A stretch of 60,292 nucleotides of DNA, the filler included. It is 5 parts of 5 records of this genome, joined end to end, with 100 filler letters (N's around TTAATTAATTAA, not from the genome) between each part and the next. Parts side by side here need not be neighbours in the genome. Positions count along the whole stretch, not along the records: positions 18,106 to 33,185 come from SRR20825019_969; 4 more parts are not named here. The stretch is one strand, 5' to 3'. How positions within the stretch are numbered: position 1 is the stretch's first letter; the number at the start of each line of letters is the position of its first letter. The translations under genes and the position numbers were made by a program. The notes under the pieces were generated by a model, which was not told the origin of the DNA, did no database searches, and worked only from the letters and a program-made list of their open reading frames with translations. Of the stretch, positions 20,196-31,212 are shown in pieces.

Positions 20196-21545
20196 ATGGA
20201 AGACGTAAAAATCACCTATATCGGCGGCGGCAGCCAGCAATGGGCACTGCACCTGATGGCCGATCTGGCGCTCTCGAAGTCGCTTTCCGGCACTCTGACT
20301 CTGTACGACATCGACAATGACGCTGCCGAAAAGAACAAGGAAATCAGCGCTAATATCTTTGGCCGCCCCGAAGCCAACGCCAAGTTCAAGGTTGAGGTCG
20401 AATCCGATCTCGATACTGCGCTGAAAGGTTCCGACTTCGTCGTGATCTCGATTGAGCCAGGCCCAACCGAAAAACGCTTTATCGACCTGAAGATCCCGGA
20501 AAAATACGGCATCTTCCAGAGCGTCGGCGACACTGTTGGACCGGGCGGCATGGCGCGCGCTGTGCGCTCGCTGCCGGTCATGGCAGATTTCGCCCATCAT
20601 ATCATGGCCGTTTGCCCGGATGCCTGGGTAATCAACTACACCAACCCAATGACGTGGTGCACGGCAGCGCTTTTCGAAGCCGAACCGGAAATCAAGGCTG
20701 TCGGTTGCTGCCATGAGGTGTTCCACACCCAGGAAATGCTGGGCCGCTGGGTTGCCGATCACTACAAGGTCGATCTACCGAAGCGTCACGACATTGTTCT
20801 CGATATTTCCGGCGTCAACCACTTCACATTCGCAACCCGTGCAATGTGGAACGGAAAAGACATTCTCGGCGAGTTCGAAGCCAGCCTTCCGGCCCTTTCG
20901 CCCGAACAGCTGACCAGGAATGCGCTTGAGCGCGAGGCGCAGGAAAACTGGTTCGATTGCGATTTCCGCATCGCCACCGATTTCCTGAAGCGCTTTGGCG
21001 TTCTGGGCGCTGCCGGCGACCGTCATCTTGCCGAGTTCGTTCCATGGTATCTGAAGTCGAAGGAAGAGCTGAACAGCTGGGGCGTTGCGATCACGCCTTA
21101 CGAATGGCGCGTCCGTCGCTCCAAGGAGCAGGACAAGGCCCGCAAGGCCTTCCTGGAGGCCGACCTGAAGCCATCCGGCGAAGAAGGCGTCCTGATGATC
21201 GAGGCACTGGCCGGCGCCGATGGCGCCACCTGCCGCACCCAGTGCAACCTGCCCAATATCGGCCAGAACGATTTTGCACCGGAAGGTCATATTGTCGAAA
21301 GCTACGGTCTGATCTCCAAGAACAAGATCGAGCCGGTTGCCTGCGGTCTGCTGCCGGAAAGCGTGCAGGCTCTGGAAAGCCGGATCATGACGGTTCAGGC
21401 CTATATCCTTGATGGTATCATGAACGAGGACAAGGCGACCGTCTATGAAGGCTTCGCGCTCGATCCGCTGAACTCACTCACCTCGCGCAAGAGCGAAGAG
21501 CTGTTCGACGAATTGTGGACAGCCCTTGAGGTCAACTGGGGTTGA
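20196..21545 (+). CDS. Glycoside hydrolase family 4, alpha-galacturonidase-like (CHEV motif)
   Basis: KITYIGGGS NAD-binding start, QSVGDTVGPGG, INYTNPM, GCCHEV, GVNHF, AAGDRHLAEF. Confidence 0.88.
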   Translation: MEDVKITYIGGGSQQWALHLMADLALSKSLSGTLTLYDIDNDAAEKNKEISANIFGRPEANAKFKVEVESDLDTALKGSDFVVISIEPGPTEKRFIDLKIPEKYGIFQSVGDTVGPGGMARAVRSLPVMADFAHHIMAVCPDAWVINYTNPMTWCTAALFEAEPEIKAVGCCHEVFHTQEMLGRWVADHYKVDLPKRHDIVLDISGVNHFTFATRAMWNGKDILGEFEASLPALSPEQLTRNALEREAQENWFDCDFRIATDFLKRFGVLGAAGDRHLAEFVPWYLKSKEELNSWGVAITPYEWRVRRSKEQDKARKAFLEADLKPSGEEGVLMIEALAGADGATCRTQCNLPNIGQNDFAPEGHIVESYGLISKNKIEPVACGLLPESVQALESRIMTVQAYILDGIMNEDKATVYEGFALDPLNSLTSRKSEELFDELWTALEVNWG

Positions 21546-21634
21546 GTACCCCTGCGCTTTGAAAAAAGCCCAGATCTGGCAAGCGGAAAGCCTTTGAGAC
21601 GTTAAGCTTTCCTGCAAGCGAAGTCTATCAAGAG

Positions 21635-21661
21635 CCTCCGAGTTTACTCGGAGGTTTTTTG
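21635..21661 (+). terminator. Intrinsic terminator after TRAP-GH4 operon
   Basis: CCTCCGAG-TTTA-CTCGGAGG followed by T run. Confidence 0.8.
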
Positions 21662-21898
21662 TAACCTGATCCGACACTGAAAAGACAAACAATCAGGCAG
21701 ACAATGCAGATTTGGAATCGGCAAGAGACGTGATACCAAGTCTTGACGAGATCGCGCCGACGGAAAGCCTGGCATATGTCAGCATTGCAACTGACCGCAG
21801 CAGCATGGTCTTCAAGAGGCCCGGCCCCTCCGGCCCGCCCCCAAGCGAAACACTTGCAACCGGGGCCAAAAGAAGCGCCGCAGAATGAGGAAAAGACA

Positions 21899-22498
21899 AT
21901 GAAGCTTTACTGCGCCCCTGCATCGCCATTTTCGGCCAAGGTTCGCATGGCCGCCCGCTATGCGGGCGTTCCGGTCGAAGAGTTTTTTGCCGACACGCCC
22001 CATAACCCGCAGGATTTGCTTGCCGCCAACCCGCTTGGCAAGATACCGACACTTGTCACCGATGATGGCGAAACGCTTTATGACAGCCGCGTCATCATGC
22101 ATTATCTCGACAGCTTTGATGAAGACAAACGGCTTTACCCGCGCAATGCGGAAAAGCGCATCCGGGTTGAGCGTCTGGAGGCCTTGTGCGATGGCATCAC
22201 CGATGCAGCCGTTCTCGTGATTTATGAAAAGCGTTACCGCACGCCGGAAACATGGCATCAGCCGTGGGTTGACCGGCAATGGGACAAGGTGATGCGCGGG
22301 CTGGACTGGCTCGACGAGAACCCGCCGGAATTCGGCAAACACCTCAATGCAGGCCATTTCGCTCTGGCAAGCCTTCTGGCTTATCTGATGCTGCGTTTCC
22401 CCGGCGAATGGGAACACCACCGTGTTCGTCTCACACGCTTCCCGGCCATTTTCGAAAAGCACTTTCCTGATTTCGCGGAACTTCGGCCAAAACCCTGA
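21899..22498 (+). CDS. Glutathione S-transferase
   Basis: MKLYCAPASPFSAKVR, NPLGKIPTL, LYDSRVI; start moved to ATG 21899 after GAGG. Confidence 0.92.
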   Translation: MKLYCAPASPFSAKVRMAARYAGVPVEEFFADTPHNPQDLLAANPLGKIPTLVTDDGETLYDSRVIMHYLDSFDEDKRLYPRNAEKRIRVERLEALCDGITDAAVLVIYEKRYRTPETWHQPWVDRQWDKVMRGLDWLDENPPEFGKHLNAGHFALASLLAYLMLRFPGEWEHHRVRLTRFPAIFEKHFPDFAELRPKP

Positions 22499-22531
22499 AT
22501 GAGCATTAATCTATCATCATAAAGCTTTGAA

Positions 22532-22556
22532 AAGGCCCGTCAAAATGACGAGCCTT
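22532..22556. terminator. Hairpin between convergent GST and omp genes
   Basis: AAGGCCCGTCA-AAA-TGACGAGCCTT. Confidence 0.6.
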
Positions 22557-22590
22557 CTCACGATTCAAATAATACAGCGTCACCACTGGC

Positions 22591-23241
22591 TCAGAATTTA
22601 AAGCCGAGGCCGACCTTAACGGTGTTTTCTTCAAAGCCGCGCTTGTACTGACTGCTGTTGAGGTTGAACTTCTGCTTGTCGTAATCGGTGTAACGGTATT
22701 CGAGACGAGCCGTGATGTTATTGGTGATCATGGCTTCAGCACCGGCACCAACTGTATAACCCCATGCCATCTGGGTATCCTTGTCACCCGCCTGCTTGGC
22801 AACCAGACGCGATCCAGCCAGACCGCCGGTACCATAAACGAGGATCGGATCGAACGCATAACCAATGCGGCCGCGCAGCGAGCCGTTAACGCCCTGCTCC
22901 ATCTTGATGCCGGGGGTGACATTCTGGCTCTGATTGGAGGTCGAAAGGTCGGCTTCAACACCGTAGACGATGTTACCCGACTGCATGTCATAGCCGCTAT
23001 AAAGCGTTCCGCCCCAGCCGTCCGCCTTGAAGTCACCTGAATCAAAAGTGCCCCAGTCCCAGTTCAGAGCACCACCAATGTGGAAGCCGCTCCAGTTGTT
23101 CACCGGCGCAGGTGCTGCATAGGTTACCGGGCTCGGCTCGTAAGGCTGTGCACCGCCAACAATGGCATCAGCAGCCTGGACCGTGCTGGCACCCATGATA
23201 GCGGCGGCAGAAAAGGCCAATGTTTTCTTAAAATTCCGCAT
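22591..23241 (-). CDS. ropB: Omp25/RopB family outer-membrane beta-barrel
   Basis: Signal peptide ..VQAADA, NWSGFHIG, GSLRGRIGYAFD, ARLEYRYTD, terminal GLGFKF. Confidence 0.88.
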   Translation of the reverse strand: MRNFKKTLAFSAAAIMGASTVQAADAIVGGAQPYEPSPVTYAAPAPVNNWSGFHIGGALNWDWGTFDSGDFKADGWGGTLYSGYDMQSGNIVYGVEADLSTSNQSQNVTPGIKMEQGVNGSLRGRIGYAFDPILVYGTGGLAGSRLVAKQAGDKDTQMAWGYTVGAGAEAMITNNITARLEYRYTDYDKQKFNLNSSQYKRGFEENTVKVGLGFKF

Positions 23242-23590
23242 CTTAAATCTCCTTCAATCAGCGCCGAGGAGAAACCGCCAGCGATTAACGGCTTTCAAGG
23301 TGTTCACTCGGATCGCGCTTAAGGAAAAAATAAGATTGAAATCCAAATTAAGCAACAACCATATCTTCTTGGTTTAAATTCTAGGTTAACATACAATTTA
23401 CAAAATAAAAATCCGTGTAAATCAATATTAATATTAAATTAAAATGATTAAACTTCTATAATACTTAAAACAACGCTCAAAAATATCAATTGACTTTGCA
23501 AACAATACGGCATCTCAGGCTTTCAGAAATCATAAGAAGAACTATATGTAGCCTGAAGACAGTGGCAAACTGACAGGAATCATCAAGAAC

Positions 23591-24352
23591 ATGGCACGAT
23601 ATCGGACGGCTCTCGTTACCGGCGGCGGCAAAAGACTTGGAGCCAGCATAGCGCAGGCACTGGTCGAATATGGTTTCAATGTGGCAATCCATGCCAACCG
23701 CTCGTTGAAAGAGGCCCGGGCATTGACTGAAACACTGTCTGATACCGGGCTGAATGTTCAGGCCTTTGAGGCAGATCTTACGCAAGGAGACCAGGTTTCA
23801 CGCTTGCTGGACAAGGTTACCGCCGCAATGGGCCCGGTCGATCTGCTGGTCAATAACGCTTCAATTTTTCGCAACGATGCAGCAGAACATTTCAACCCAG
23901 AAAATTTCGAAGATCATTTCGCCATCCATGTCAAAGCACCGCTAATCCTGGCGGAAAGCTTTGCCCGGCAGCTGCCCGAGGCTGACCACGGCCTGATCGT
24001 CAACATGATTGACCAGCGCGTCTGGGCGCTGACGCCTGGTTTCTTCACCTATACATTATCAAAAAGCACCCTTTGGACTGCAACACAGACAATGGCGCAA
24101 GCCTTTGCACCGCGCATCCGCGTCAATGCCATTGGTCCCGGCCCAACACTTAAAAGCAGCCGTCAAAGCGATGCCGATTTCCAAAGTCAGCTGGATCGGC
24201 TTATCTTGAAACACGGGCCTGAACTCTCTGAAATCGGGCAAACGATTCGCTATCTATATGAAACGCCATCGGTGACGGGCCAGATGATCGCGCTTGATGG
24301 CGGCCAGCACCTGGCATGGGAAACGCCAGACGTAACAGGTATTAACGAATGA
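23591..24352 (+). CDS. Short-chain dehydrogenase/reductase (pteridine-reductase-like)
   Basis: [39 protein letters not shown]; usual position upstream of uvrC. Confidence 0.92.
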   Translation: MARYRTALVTGGGKRLGASIAQALVEYGFNVAIHANRSLKEARALTETLSDTGLNVQAFEADLTQGDQVSRLLDKVTAAMGPVDLLVNNASIFRNDAAEHFNPENFEDHFAIHVKAPLILAESFARQLPEADHGLIVNMIDQRVWALTPGFFTYTLSKSTLWTATQTMAQAFAPRIRVNAIGPGPTLKSSRQSDADFQSQLDRLILKHGPELSEIGQTIRYLYETPSVTGQMIALDGGQHLAWETPDVTGINE

Positions 24353-26370
24353 CGCGCAATTCGCCTTCTGACGGCGGCATACTCTATGACGACAATGATG
24401 CTGACCTTCCAGATGCATCTGAAAGTCTGGCGGCAATCGAAGCCGACCAGATCATCTGGAACGACGGTTCGGTGGAAAAGCACGCGCTGAAAGGCGCGGA
24501 ACTGATCGGGGAATTCGTCAAGCATTTGCCGAACAGCCCCGGTGTTTACCGCATGTTCAATGAGAACGGCGACGTGCTTTATGTCGGCAAGGCCCGCTCT
24601 TTAAAAAAGCGCGTGACCAATTATGCGCAGGGCCGGGGACACTCCAATCGCATCACGCGAATGATCACCCAAACCGCGCATATGGAGTTCGTCAACACCC
24701 GGACAGAGACAGAAGCATTACTTCTGGAGGCTAACCTTATCAAAAGGTTACGTCCACGTTTTAATGTTTTACTGCGGGATGACAAATCGTTTCCCTATAT
24801 TCTGATCACCCGTGATCATGAGGCGCCGGCCCTGTTCAAGCATCGTGGCGCACGGGCGCGCAAGGGCGACTACTTCGGTCCCTTCGCCTCGGCCAGTGCC
24901 GTAGGCCGTACCATTAATGCCATGCAGCGTGCCTTTCTGATCCGTTCCTGCACAGACAGTGTTTATGAAAGCCGCACCCGCCCCTGCCTGCTTTATCAGA
25001 TCAAGCGTTGCGCCGGCCCGTGCACCGGTGAAATTTCGCCGGAAGACTATGAAACGCTGGTGGATGAGGCCTGCCAGTTTCTGTCCGGCAAGAGCAGGCA
25101 GGTCCACGCCGATCTGGCACGACAGATGAATGAAGCTTCTGACGATCTTGATTTTGAGCGTGCCGCTGTTTACCGCGACCGGCTTTCTGCCCTGTCTCAC
25201 GTGCTTGGCCATCAAAGCGTCAACCCATCGGGCATTGACGAGGCGGATGTGTTTGCGATCCACAACGAGGGTGGCCTTTGCTGCATTCAGGTCTTCTTCT
25301 TTCGCACCGGGCAGAACTGGGGCAATCGTGCCTATTTCCCGAAAGCCGATCCGTCTCTGGAAAGCACCGAAATTCTGAACGCCTTTCTGGCACAGTTTTA
25401 CGATGACAAGCCGGTTCCAAAGCAGATCCTTCTGTCAGACGATATTGAGGAGCGGGAATTGCTGGAAATGGCGCTGTCTGAACGCGCTGAGCGCAAAGTG
25501 AATATTCTTGTTCCCAAACGCGGAGAAAAACGCGAAACGGTGGATCAGGTCGTTTCCAATGCCCGAGAAGCGCACGGTCGCAAGCTGGCCGAAACAGCCA
25601 CGCAGGCGCGCCTCCTGCAGGGTTTTGCCGAGACCTTTGGGCTGAAGCATACACCGCGACGAATCGAAATTTACGACAACTCTCATATTATGGGCACCAA
25701 TGCCGTTGGCGGCATGGTCGTTGCTGGACCGGAAGGTTTTGTCAAAGCCCAGTACCGAAAGTTCAACATCAAATCGACGGACATCACGCCCGGCGATGAC
25801 TTCGGCATGATGCGGGAGGTCATGACGCGGCGGTTCTCACGCCTGATCAAGGAGCATGGCATACCCGATCGCAGCAAGGAGCCGGAGACAGACGATGAAA
25901 GCCCCTTCCCTGCCTGGCCCGATGTGATCCTGATCGACGGTGGACAGGGGCAGATGACGGCGGTGCGTGCCATTCTCGATGAACTGGGCATTCGCGATGC
26001 GGTCACAGCCATCGGCGTTGCCAAGGGTGCAGACCGTGAGGCCGGTCGCGAGCGTTTTTTCATGGATGGCCGTGCCGATTTCGCACTGCCGCCGCGCGAT
26101 CCCGTGCTTTACTTCGTTCAGCGCATGAGGGACGAGGCACATCGGTTTGCCATCGGTACGCACCGTGCGCGACGCAAGAAGGAAATGGTCAAAAATCCGC
26201 TGGATGAAATCGCAGGGATCGGCCCGTCCCGCAAGCGCGCCTTGCTGCAGCACTTCGGCTCCGCAAAAGCCGTTTCCCGTGCAGGCCTTGCGGATTTAAG
26301 TGGCGTGGAAGGTATCAGCCAGGCCATGGCGAAGTTGGTATACAACCATTTTCATGAAGGAAGCGGATGA
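24349..26370 (+). CDS. uvrC: Excinuclease ABC subunit C
   Basis: GIY-YIG (PGVYRM..YVGKA), [32 protein letters not shown], HhH tail. Confidence 0.98.
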   Translation: MTRNSPSDGGILYDDNDADLPDASESLAAIEADQIIWNDGSVEKHALKGAELIGEFVKHLPNSPGVYRMFNENGDVLYVGKARSLKKRVTNYAQGRGHSNRITRMITQTAHMEFVNTRTETEALLLEANLIKRLRPRFNVLLRDDKSFPYILITRDHEAPALFKHRGARARKGDYFGPFASASAVGRTINAMQRAFLIRSCTDSVYESRTRPCLLYQIKRCAGPCTGEISPEDYETLVDEACQFLSGKSRQVHADLARQMNEASDDLDFERAAVYRDRLSALSHVLGHQSVNPSGIDEADVFAIHNEGGLCCIQVFFFRTGQNWGNRAYFPKADPSLESTEILNAFLAQFYDDKPVPKQILLSDDIEERELLEMALSERAERKVNILVPKRGEKRETVDQVVSNAREAHGRKLAETATQARLLQGFAETFGLKHTPRRIEIYDNSHIMGTNAVGGMVVAGPEGFVKAQYRKFNIKSTDITPGDDFGMMREVMTRRFSRLIKEHGIPDRSKEPETDDESPFPAWPDVILIDGGQGQMTAVRAILDELGIRDAVTAIGVAKGADREAGRERFFMDGRADFALPPRDPVLYFVQRMRDEAHRFAIGTHRARRKKEMVKNPLDEIAGIGPSRKRALLQHFGSAKAVSRAGLADLSGVEGISQAMAKLVYNHFHEGSG

Positions 26371-26513
26371 TCGCCGGTATGGTCCTGACAACTATGACAG
26401 AGGTTTAACACTTCACCGCATTGACCTTGAGCGTGTAATCAACGCAATTTGCATGGCATAAACATTTGCCGGTCCGCTGCCGCCGGGCCGGTGTTAGCAG
26501 ATGGAATGGCACC

Positions 26514-27110
26514 ATGGCATCGAAAGTCTACAATCTCCCGAACCTTCTGACCTATGGGCGCATTCTCGCAGTTCCACTGATCGTTTTGTGCTTCTTTCTG
26601 GACGGAAACCTTTCAAGTTCGGATTTCGCCCGCTGGGCAGCGGTGACCATTTTTGTCATCGCCTCTCTGACGGATTTTCTGGATGGCTATCTGGCCCGGG
26701 CCTGGAACCAGACATCAAATATCGGACGTATGCTTGATCCGATTGCAGACAAGCTGCTGGTTTCGGTCTGCCTTCTTCTTCTGGCCGCCGATGTGGAGCA
26801 GACAATTTCCGGCTGGTCTCTGTGGGCTGCGATCATCATTCTTTGCCGCGAGGTTCTGGTTTCCGGCTTGAGGGAGTATCTCGCCGGCTTAAAGGTCTCG
26901 GTGCCTGTCACCCGCATCGCCAAATGGAAGACTACGTTTCAGATGATAGCCATCGGCCTGCTTCTGGCCGGTCCCGCCGGGGACAAGATCATTCCTTTTA
27001 CAACCAGCCTCGGGATTGTGCTGCTTTGGGTCGCAGCCGTTTTGACCATGTACACCGGCTATGACTATTTCCGGGCCGGATTGAAACACGTCGTGGAGGC
27101 AGAGACATGA
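26514..27110 (+). CDS. pgsA: CDP-diacylglycerol--glycerol-3-phosphate 3-phosphatidyltransferase
   Basis: NLPNLLT, TDFLDGYLAR..GRMLDPIADK; follows uvrC. Confidence 0.97.
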   Translation: MASKVYNLPNLLTYGRILAVPLIVLCFFLDGNLSSSDFARWAAVTIFVIASLTDFLDGYLARAWNQTSNIGRMLDPIADKLLVSVCLLLLAADVEQTISGWSLWAAIIILCREVLVSGLREYLAGLKVSVPVTRIAKWKTTFQMIAIGLLLAGPAGDKIIPFTTSLGIVLLWVAAVLTMYTGYDYFRAGLKHVVEAET

Positions 27111-27361
27111 CCAAACTCATCTACTTCGCCTGGGTGCGTGAACGGATCGGTATCGGGGAGGAGGACATCACCCTGCCCGCCCACATTGAGACCGTATCGG
27201 ATCTTCTGGATTTTCTGCAAAAGCGTGGTGAAGGGTATGAACTGGCACTGGCAGAGCCGGAGATTATCCGTGTCGCTCTCGACAAAACCCATGCCGAGCA
27301 CGATGCGCCGCTGGCCAGTGCGCACGAGATCGCGCTGTTTCCACCGATGACGGGCGGTTGA
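27107..27361 (+). CDS. moaD: Molybdopterin synthase sulfur carrier subunit
   Basis: YFAWVRE start and C-terminal FPPMTGG. Confidence 0.97.
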   Translation: MTKLIYFAWVRERIGIGEEDITLPAHIETVSDLLDFLQKRGEGYELALAEPEIIRVALDKTHAEHDAPLASAHEIALFPPMTGG

Positions 27362-27363
27362 AC

Positions 27364-27831
27364 ATGAGCAATAAACCGGAGCCGGATATCCGCATTCAGA
27401 AAGATGACTTCGATATCGGCGCAGAAATATCCACGCTGACCGACGGCCGCGCGGATATCGGTGCGACTGTGACCTTTACCGGTCATTGCCGGGATGAAGG
27501 GGGGCGCCTTGAAGCGCTCGAGCTGGAACATTATCCCGGCATGGCAGAAGCCGAAATTAGACGGATCGGCATTGAGGCTATCGACCGTTTCAATCTGCGG
27601 GGCCTCACCGTTATTCATCGCTACGGCCGCCTTGCGCCCGGTGCCAATATCGTAACAGTCATAGCAGCGGCATCACACCGTCAATCCGCCTTCGACGGCG
27701 CGTCTTTCGTGATGGATTTCTTAAAGACCGACGCACCATTCTGGAAAAAAGAGCACCTGAAAGAAGATGGAGACGGCGACTGGGTTACGGCGCGGGAAAG
27801 CGATAACGAGGCGCATAAGCGCTGGCAATAA
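27364..27831 (+). CDS. moaE: Molybdopterin synthase catalytic subunit
   Basis: LELEHYPGMA, HRYG, MDFLKTDAPFWKKE. Confidence 0.97.
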   Translation: MSNKPEPDIRIQKDDFDIGAEISTLTDGRADIGATVTFTGHCRDEGGRLEALELEHYPGMAEAEIRRIGIEAIDRFNLRGLTVIHRYGRLAPGANIVTVIAAASHRQSAFDGASFVMDFLKTDAPFWKKEHLKEDGDGDWVTARESDNEAHKRWQ

Positions 27832-27968
27832 AAACGCCATAAACTTTGCACAAACAACGCTTGTCCGTTCGTCGATAAAGACTATCCTGAAGGTGGCGAA
27901 CGCAATCGGTCAGGAATGTTCTGAAACCGGCATCTCCGCTCGCTCCAAAGCAAAATCGAGGGAACCTT

Positions 27969-28676
27969 ATGGCAGACAATGCCTCTTCGCTCAAAATCGG
28001 CATGTTGATGTATCCGGGGCTCACACAGCTGGACCTGTTCGGCCCCGCAGATGTTCTCAACCGCGTTCAGGGCGCGGAGATCAGGCTGTTATGGAAGAAC
28101 CTTGACCCGGTGATTGTCGACCGGGGTCTTCGTGTTCTGCCGAATACCACATACGGGCAGTGCAAGGAGCTGGATATCATCTGCGTGCCGGGCGGTCCCG
28201 GTCAGATCGCACTGATGGATGATGATGAAACACTGAACTTCCTGCGTCGTATTGCACCGGGCTGCAGACTTGTCACATCAGTATGTACCGGCTCTCTCGT
28301 GCTCGGCGCTGCCGGGCTTCTGGATGGCTACAGGGCCACGTGTCACTGGACATCCATTGATCAGCTTGAGTTGTTCGGCGCGATACCCGTCAATGAGCGC
28401 GTCGTCAGGGACCGCAATCGGATTACCGGTGCTGGTGTAACCTCAGGCATAGATTTTGCCTTGCAGGTGGTGGAGTCGCTGACCGACAAAACCACGGCTC
28501 AACAGATTCAGCTTCAGATGGAATACGATCCCGAACCGCCTTATAATTGCGGCTCACCGCGTACTGCACCGCCGGAAATCGTCGATTCCGTACGTGCGCG
28601 CCTGCATATGTTCCAGTCCAGCCGCCGCTCGGCCTGCGAACGCGCTGCGGAGCGGTTGAAAAACCGCAAGGCGTAA
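27969..28676 (+). CDS. DJ-1/PfpI family protein (isonitrile hydratase-like)
   Basis: TQLDLFGP, CVPGG, SVCTGSLVLGAAGLL, GAGVTSGID, QLQMEYDPEPP. Confidence 0.9.
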   Translation: MADNASSLKIGMLMYPGLTQLDLFGPADVLNRVQGAEIRLLWKNLDPVIVDRGLRVLPNTTYGQCKELDIICVPGGPGQIALMDDDETLNFLRRIAPGCRLVTSVCTGSLVLGAAGLLDGYRATCHWTSIDQLELFGAIPVNERVVRDRNRITGAGVTSGIDFALQVVESLTDKTTAQQIQLQMEYDPEPPYNCGSPRTAPPEIVDSVRARLHMFQSSRRSACERAAERLKNRKA

Positions 28677-28697
28677 AATGCGATTGCAGTTGCTATA

Positions 28698-28733
28698 AAA
28701 AACCACCTGCCGCTTGCGCCGCAGGTGGTTTTT
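28698..28733. terminator. Bidirectional intrinsic terminator
   Basis: AAAAACCACCTGC..GCAGGTGGTTTTT between convergent genes. Confidence 0.85.
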
Positions 28734-28759
28734 CATTTTAAAATTGTCCGGCTGAATAT

Positions 28760-29182
28760 TTAGCCGACAATTTCGGTCTCGGAAAACCAGAAGCCGATTT
28801 CACGAGCGGCGGTTTCCGGAGCATCCGATCCGTGAACGGAGTTTTCGCCCATGGAAAGGGCAAACAGTTTGCGGATCGTGCCTTCGTCAGCTTTTTCAGG
28901 GTTAGTTGCACCCATGATTTCGCGGTTCCTGGCAATGGCGTTTTCGCCTTCGAGAACCTGAACGATGGTCGGGCCCGAGCTCATGAAGTCGACCAGTTCG
29001 CCAAAGAACGGACGCTCTTTATGTTCAGCATAAAAAGCTTCGGCTTCACGGCGCGCCATCCAAACGCGCTTGGAGGCAACGACGCGCAGGCCGTTTTCTT
29101 CAAAAACCTTGGTGATGGCACCGGTGAGGTTACGCTTGGTTGCATCGGGCTTGATCATGGAAAAAGTGCGTTCAATCGCCAT
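28760..29182 (-). CDS. ndk: Nucleoside diphosphate kinase
   Basis: [23 protein letters not shown]. Confidence 0.98.
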   Translation of the reverse strand: MAIERTFSMIKPDATKRNLTGAITKVFEENGLRVVASKRVWMARREAEAFYAEHKERPFFGELVDFMSSGPTIVQVLEGENAIARNREIMGATNPEKADEGTIRKLFALSMGENSVHGSDAPETAAREIGFWFSETEIVG

Positions 29183-29294
29183 ATCATTCGTCCTTTGGTA
29201 AATCTGGTTAAACGAAATTAGGCCGGTGTATAAAGTGGTTCCGGCAAAAAGAAAAGCCTGCCGGAACAGGGAATTTCAGTTGGTCACCGTCAGC

Positions 29295-29972
29295 TCAGAC
29301 AGCCAGACGGTCACTGGCAAATGCGCGGCAACGTTCAAACCAGTTGGTCACCGGGTCGTTGGGATCGAGCAGTGCTTCATTGCCGGTTTTTGCCGCCCAC
29401 TGAAACGCACCGAAGACGATATAATCGGCAAACAACGGCTCATTTCCACCGATGAAAGGCTGATGCTTCAGCATCGTGCGCAACGGCTGGCATTTTTCAG
29501 GAAATGCGGCAATCTCTGCCTCGCGACCCGTCGCAATTTCCTCCAGCGTAGCGCCAAATCGTTCTTCCCGGCGTTTGCGGAAATAGGCCTGATCCTGTGG
29601 CGCGAGCATGTCATGGATCTGCTTGACAGCGATGCGGATAATGGCCGGATGCAGCGTTGATGCTGACCAGGCTTCAATGAACCGCGCCACGGAAAGCCCC
29701 CCCTCGCCTTTGAACAAGGAAGGCCGATCCGGATAGGTCTGCTCCAGATAAAGGGCGATCGCGAAACTATCGGCGATCAGCTTGTCCCCATCCTTCAGGA
29801 TCGGAACCGTCTTGGAAAACCCGCCTTCAAGTCCTGCAATTTCGGTAAAGCCAACCGGATGCTCCTGATATTTCAGCCCTTTATGTCTCAGCGCCAGTAC
29901 GATTTTCCAGCAATGCGGTGAAAACGGAACCGATTGATCAGCTCCGCAGAGAGTGTACAGCGTTCGGGTCAT
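29295..29972 (-). CDS. Glutathione S-transferase, LigE/beta-etherase-like subfamily
   Basis: FSPHCWK, TVPILKDG..IADSFAIALYLE.TYP, FADYIVFGAFQW. Confidence 0.85.
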   Translation of the reverse strand: MTRTLYTLCGADQSVPFSPHCWKIVLALRHKGLKYQEHPVGFTEIAGLEGGFSKTVPILKDGDKLIADSFAIALYLEQTYPDRPSLFKGEGGLSVARFIEAWSASTLHPAIIRIAVKQIHDMLAPQDQAYFRKRREERFGATLEEIATGREAEIAAFPEKCQPLRTMLKHQPFIGGNEPLFADYIVFGAFQWAAKTGNEALLDPNDPVTNWFERCRAFASDRLAV

Positions 29973-30112
29973 CGAAAGCTCCTCGTTCATTCCAATGTCG
30001 CTCAACCAAAACCGGATTCAAAAGCACCGGCCAAAACTGTAGTATGTCAATAATACCCGTTTTCCAGTCCTCCTGATAAGATGAGGCGATCACCATTTTG
30101 AGGGAGGAAGAA

Positions 30113-30682
30113 ATGGCTTTAAAGAAAATTCTGATGATCACCGGCGATTTTACGGAAGACTATGAAACCATGGTGCCCTTTCAGGCGTTGCTCGCAGTCG
30201 GACATCATGTGGATGCTGTTTGCCCAGGCAAGAAGGCAGGAGACACCGTTCCCACTGCCATTCATGACTTTCTGGGCGACCAGACCTACTCGGAAAAGCC
30301 CGGACATCGTTTCGCGCTTACAGCAGATTTCGACGCTATCGATGTGGAAAGTTATGACGCACTGGTGATACCAGGCGGCCGGGCACCGGAATATCTGCGA
30401 CTGGATCACAATGTCCTGTCACTTGTAAAACACTTCTTCGACACGAACAAACCCGTTGCAGCGATTTGCCATGGGGCACAAATACTGGTGGCTGCCAGCG
30501 TACTCGACGGGCGAACCTGCTCAGCCTATCCGGCCTGCGCACCGGAGGTCAAGCTGGCAGGCGGCCACTATGCCGATATTCCCGTCAGCGAGGCAGTGAC
30601 CGACGGCAATCTTGTTACCGCGCCTGCATGGCCCGCTCATCCCGCATGGCTCTCACAGTTCATGAAGCTTCTGAATGCCTGA
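30113..30682 (+). CDS. DJ-1/PfpI family protein (glyoxalase III/PfpI-like)
   Basis: [39 protein letters not shown] before ATG 30113. Confidence 0.92.
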   Translation: MALKKILMITGDFTEDYETMVPFQALLAVGHHVDAVCPGKKAGDTVPTAIHDFLGDQTYSEKPGHRFALTADFDAIDVESYDALVIPGGRAPEYLRLDHNVLSLVKHFFDTNKPVAAICHGAQILVAASVLDGRTCSAYPACAPEVKLAGGHYADIPVSEAVTDGNLVTAPAWPAHPAWLSQFMKLLNA

Positions 30683-30765
30683 GAGGAGGCAACCACCGGC
30701 GGCCGATGCCTTTTATGGTCAGGGCCGCCGGGCTATACTGCCTCCGGGAGAAACAGGAGGACTAT

Positions 30766-31125
30766 ATGTGCAAGTTGTTTATCGAGGCCGATCCGGCACT
30801 CTGGCAAAGCGTGACGCGCTCCATTCGCATTGACGGTATGGTGACCAGCGTTCGCCTTGAGCGTTTTTTCTGGAATGTTCTGGCCGAAATCGGCGCGCGG
30901 GACAGCATGAATGTGACGCAATTGATCACGAAACTTCATCGCGAAACTGAGGAGGCCGGACATGACAGCGGCAACTTCACATCGTTTCTGCGGGTTTGCT
31001 GCGGACGTTATCTGGCACTTCAGCTTTCGGGCGATATACCGGACGATATCCGGAAACCGATCGCCAAACTGGATGCGTTGCAAATTCTCGACACCGAGAA
31101 GCAGCGCCTTCAGCTCCATGCATGA
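30766..31125 (+). CDS. Ribbon-helix-helix domain protein
   Basis: MCKLF..TRSIRIDGMVTSVRLE.FFW.VL.EI..NFTSFLRVCC; GGAGG RBS before ATG 30766. Confidence 0.85.
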   Translation: MCKLFIEADPALWQSVTRSIRIDGMVTSVRLERFFWNVLAEIGARDSMNVTQLITKLHRETEEAGHDSGNFTSFLRVCCGRYLALQLSGDIPDDIRKPIAKLDALQILDTEKQRLQLHA

Positions 31126-31212
31126 AGATCTGTAATGCCGGGCATCACAAAAATTCACGAGCAGTATAGTTGCAGCTGGATTATACTCAGTCTTCAATAA
31201 ATGGAGATATCA

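Noticed and set aside
29295-29972. Lignin beta-etherase pathway
   Set aside because: LigE-like GSTs next to ndk are common in rhizobia, and no ligD/F/G partners are present here.
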